Sequence record: NC_019410.1
Direction: 5' to 3' (one strand)
DNA: 64,000 nt
Both the position numbers and the translations under genes were made by a program. The notes under the pieces were generated by a model, which had not been told where the DNA came from, did no database searches, and was given only the letters and a program-made list of their open reading frames with translations. Position 1 is the stretch's first letter, and each line of letters starts with the position of its first letter. Shown here one piece after another: positions 62,548 to 64,000 of the stretch.

Positions 62548-62613
62548 TTAACGGTTTGTTAACCCCTGGCCCTCTAGGGTCGAATTCCCGGCGCGGCAAT
62601 CCCGCCGCCCGGC
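62548..62613 (+). promoter_or_regulatory. CtrA-box promoter 6 plus AATCCC-loop hairpin
   Basis: Perfect TTAA-CGGTTTG-TTAAC-N11-TAGGGT; GCGGC-AATCCC-GCCGC. Confidence 0.8.
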
Positions 62614-62634
62614 CTTCCTTCGGAGCTTCTGATC

Positions 62635-63081
62635 ATGTTCGCTTCCGTGACCCTTCCCGCCCATGACGCCCAAGGCCTGAGCCTCGAAACCGTCCACATG
62701 GTTTTCGCCCGCGAACTGGCGCAACATTTCGACCACGTGATTTCCGCCCCCGTGGTCGAAAGCTGGCGCGACGAGGACACCGGCGCCGACCACGCGCAAG
62801 CCGCCGTTTGCTTCACCGTCTCGGCGACCCCCGCCGCGTGGGAAGCCAAGGGCGGGCGCCTCGCGCGCCGGCTGGAAAACCTCGCCGCGCGCTATGCCGC
62901 CGACTGCGACGCCCCGGCCCTGACTGTCACCCACTGCGACGGCCAAACGGTCTATGTCGGCGCTCTGGAAGCCCTGGCGCGCCCCGCCCCGGTGCAAGGC
63001 CCGACCCGTGAGGCGGACCCGGCTTTCCTCCCCCGCCAGCGTGAGGACAAGGCCGCCCGCTTCGATCGCCTGACCGCCTAG
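62635..63081 (+). CDS. hypothetical protein (148 aa)
   Basis: GGAG RBS. Confidence 0.7.
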   Translation: MFASVTLPAHDAQGLSLETVHMVFARELAQHFDHVISAPVVESWRDEDTGADHAQAAVCFTVSATPAAWEAKGGRLARRLENLAARYAADCDAPALTVTHCDGQTVYVGALEALARPAPVQGPTREADPAFLPRQREDKAARFDRLTA

Positions 63082-63097
63082 CCCCTGGCCTCCCCCT

Positions 63098-63130
63098 AGC
63101 GCACCGCCCCTAGAAAGGCGGTGCGCTTTT
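63098..63130 (+). terminator. Rho-independent terminator
   Basis: AGCGCACCGCC-N8-GGCGGTGCGCT-TTT. Confidence 0.8.
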
Positions 63131-63139
63131 CTGTGTCTG

Positions 63140-63172
63140 TTTACTTGTTGTTAAGGAATAGCCTGCTAGTGT
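63140..63172 (+). promoter_or_regulatory. CtrA-box promoter 7
   Basis: TTTA-CTTGTTG-TTAA-N12-TAGTGT. Confidence 0.7.
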
Positions 63173-63223
63173 CCCCTTGTTGGCGGACGCATCCCGCGCC
63201 CGCCCCTTTCTGGATCGCTCCCC

Positions 63224-63616
63224 ATGGCTCGCCCCTCTGACCTGCTCAACGTCAACGCCGCCCGCGTCCTGGCTTGCCTTGAGCCTATCGCCGCCGCCGC
63301 TAAGACCGCCCCGGCCGCCGACCGCGCCGCCCTTTCCTACCTGCTCGACGCTGGCGAGTATGTCGCCGCGTGGCGCCGCAACCTCACGGAAACCGACCGC
63401 CGCAAGGCCTATGGCGCGGCCTGCGCCGCCGAAGCCCTGGCGCTCGCTAACGCCTATCAGCCCGCCACCCTGCAAGGCGGCGCCGTCCGCCGCGCTCTGG
63501 GCGCCTATGCCGCCGCCCTAAAGGTCCTGCTAGACGGGGAGCCGGTCAAGGCGGTGCGCGCCGCCGAAGGCGCGGCGCTTTCGGTCCGCGCTCGCTACGC
63601 CAACACCCGCCTTTAA
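63224..63616 (+). CDS. hypothetical Ala-rich protein (130 aa)
   Basis: GGATCGC leader. Confidence 0.7.
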   Translation: MARPSDLLNVNAARVLACLEPIAAAAKTAPAADRAALSYLLDAGEYVAAWRRNLTETDRRKAYGAACAAEALALANAYQPATLQGGAVRRALGAYAAALKVLLDGEPVKAVRAAEGAALSVRARYANTRL

Positions 63617-63644
63617 CCTCTTGTTAACACCTCCCGGCTATGGT
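63613..63644 (+). promoter_or_regulatory. CtrA-box promoter 8
   Basis: Perfect TTAA-CCTCTTG-TTAAC-N10-TATGGT; first TAA is the upstream stop codon. Confidence 0.8.
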
Positions 63645-63670
63645 CGGGAGGTCGCAAGGAGACACCCGAC

Positions 63671-63865
63671 ATGACCCGCCCCGGCCCCGCCTCGCTCCTG
63701 ACCCCGCAAGCCCGCTTCTCGTCGCCGCGCGTCCTGATCCTTCCGGGCGCGGCTCCCATGCCGATTCGCCAGCCGCGCGGCCTTTGCGCCGTCGAGTGCG
63801 TCGCCCTTGGCGTGACGCTGGGCGCGGCGCTCTACCTCGCCGCCCGCGTGTTCGGTCTGGTCTGA
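63671..63865 (+). CDS. small protein with C-terminal TM helix (64 aa)
   Basis: AAGGAG RBS; VALGVTLGAALYLAARVFGLV. Confidence 0.6.
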   Translation: MTRPGPASLLTPQARFSSPRVLILPGAAPMPIRQPRGLCAVECVALGVTLGAALYLAARVFGLV

Positions 63866-63899
63866 CCAGACCCCCGCCCCGCCCCCGGTCGGACCGGTC

Positions 63900-63928
63900 G
63901 GGGGTGTGTCCCATAATGACACACCCCC
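63900..63928. repeat. perfect 11-bp inverted repeat
   Basis: GGGGGTGTGTC-CCATAAT-GACACACCCCC. Confidence 0.8.
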
Positions 63929-64000
63929 GCCACCTAGTATCTTTTTTGATTCGGAGGGACCCAAAGGCCCCCTACGTTAACCATTTTTGGCGGCGCCCCC

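Noticed and set aside
62384-62599. 71-aa minus-strand ORF
   Set aside because: Runs against all neighbours, starts inside a promoter leader, no RBS; region treated as non-coding
1-64000. tRNA, rRNA, integrase, transposase or virion structural genes
   Set aside because: No cloverleaf, rRNA-like sequence or catalytic motif recognised by eye; tRNAscan and HMM searches would be needed to exclude them fully

Overview
About 66-68% GC lytic-phage DNA whose gene content and order match a phiCbK-like giant Caulobacter siphophage (inferred from a GcrA homologue, an alphaproteobacterial XRE regulator, CtrA-box promoters, and an intein-split terminase next to a block of small early-type genes). Layout: (1) 1-6950, a leftward operon with a HAD nucleotidase, XRE regulator and GcrA homologue; (2) 7270-46530, a rightward array of about 100 mostly small hypothetical genes, including a metallophosphoesterase, DUF1937, an HNH nuclease and a PEP-utiliser swivel-domain protein, punctuated by a conserved promoter/leader cassette TGGC-N9-TTGACA-N17/18-TAnAAn-N6-GACGACAAC-RBS; (3) 46745-48170, a 373-aa wHTH-like protein followed by a ~30% GC non-coding island (origin candidate); (4) 48570-54525, RuvC-like resolvase, probable TerS and TerL with a 341-aa Pro1 intein; (5) 54530-55930, a repeat-rich junction (6x24-bp repeats, 3x38-bp repeats, TTAA cluster, 15-bp palindrome) probably near the long terminal repeat boundary; (6) 55930-64000, probable terminal-repeat early genes driven by eight CtrA-box promoters, four of them followed by a stem-loop with an invariant AAUCCC loop. 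No tRNA, rRNA, CRISPR array, integrase or virion structural genes were recognised. All calls are from reading the sequence by eye; no database searches were run.
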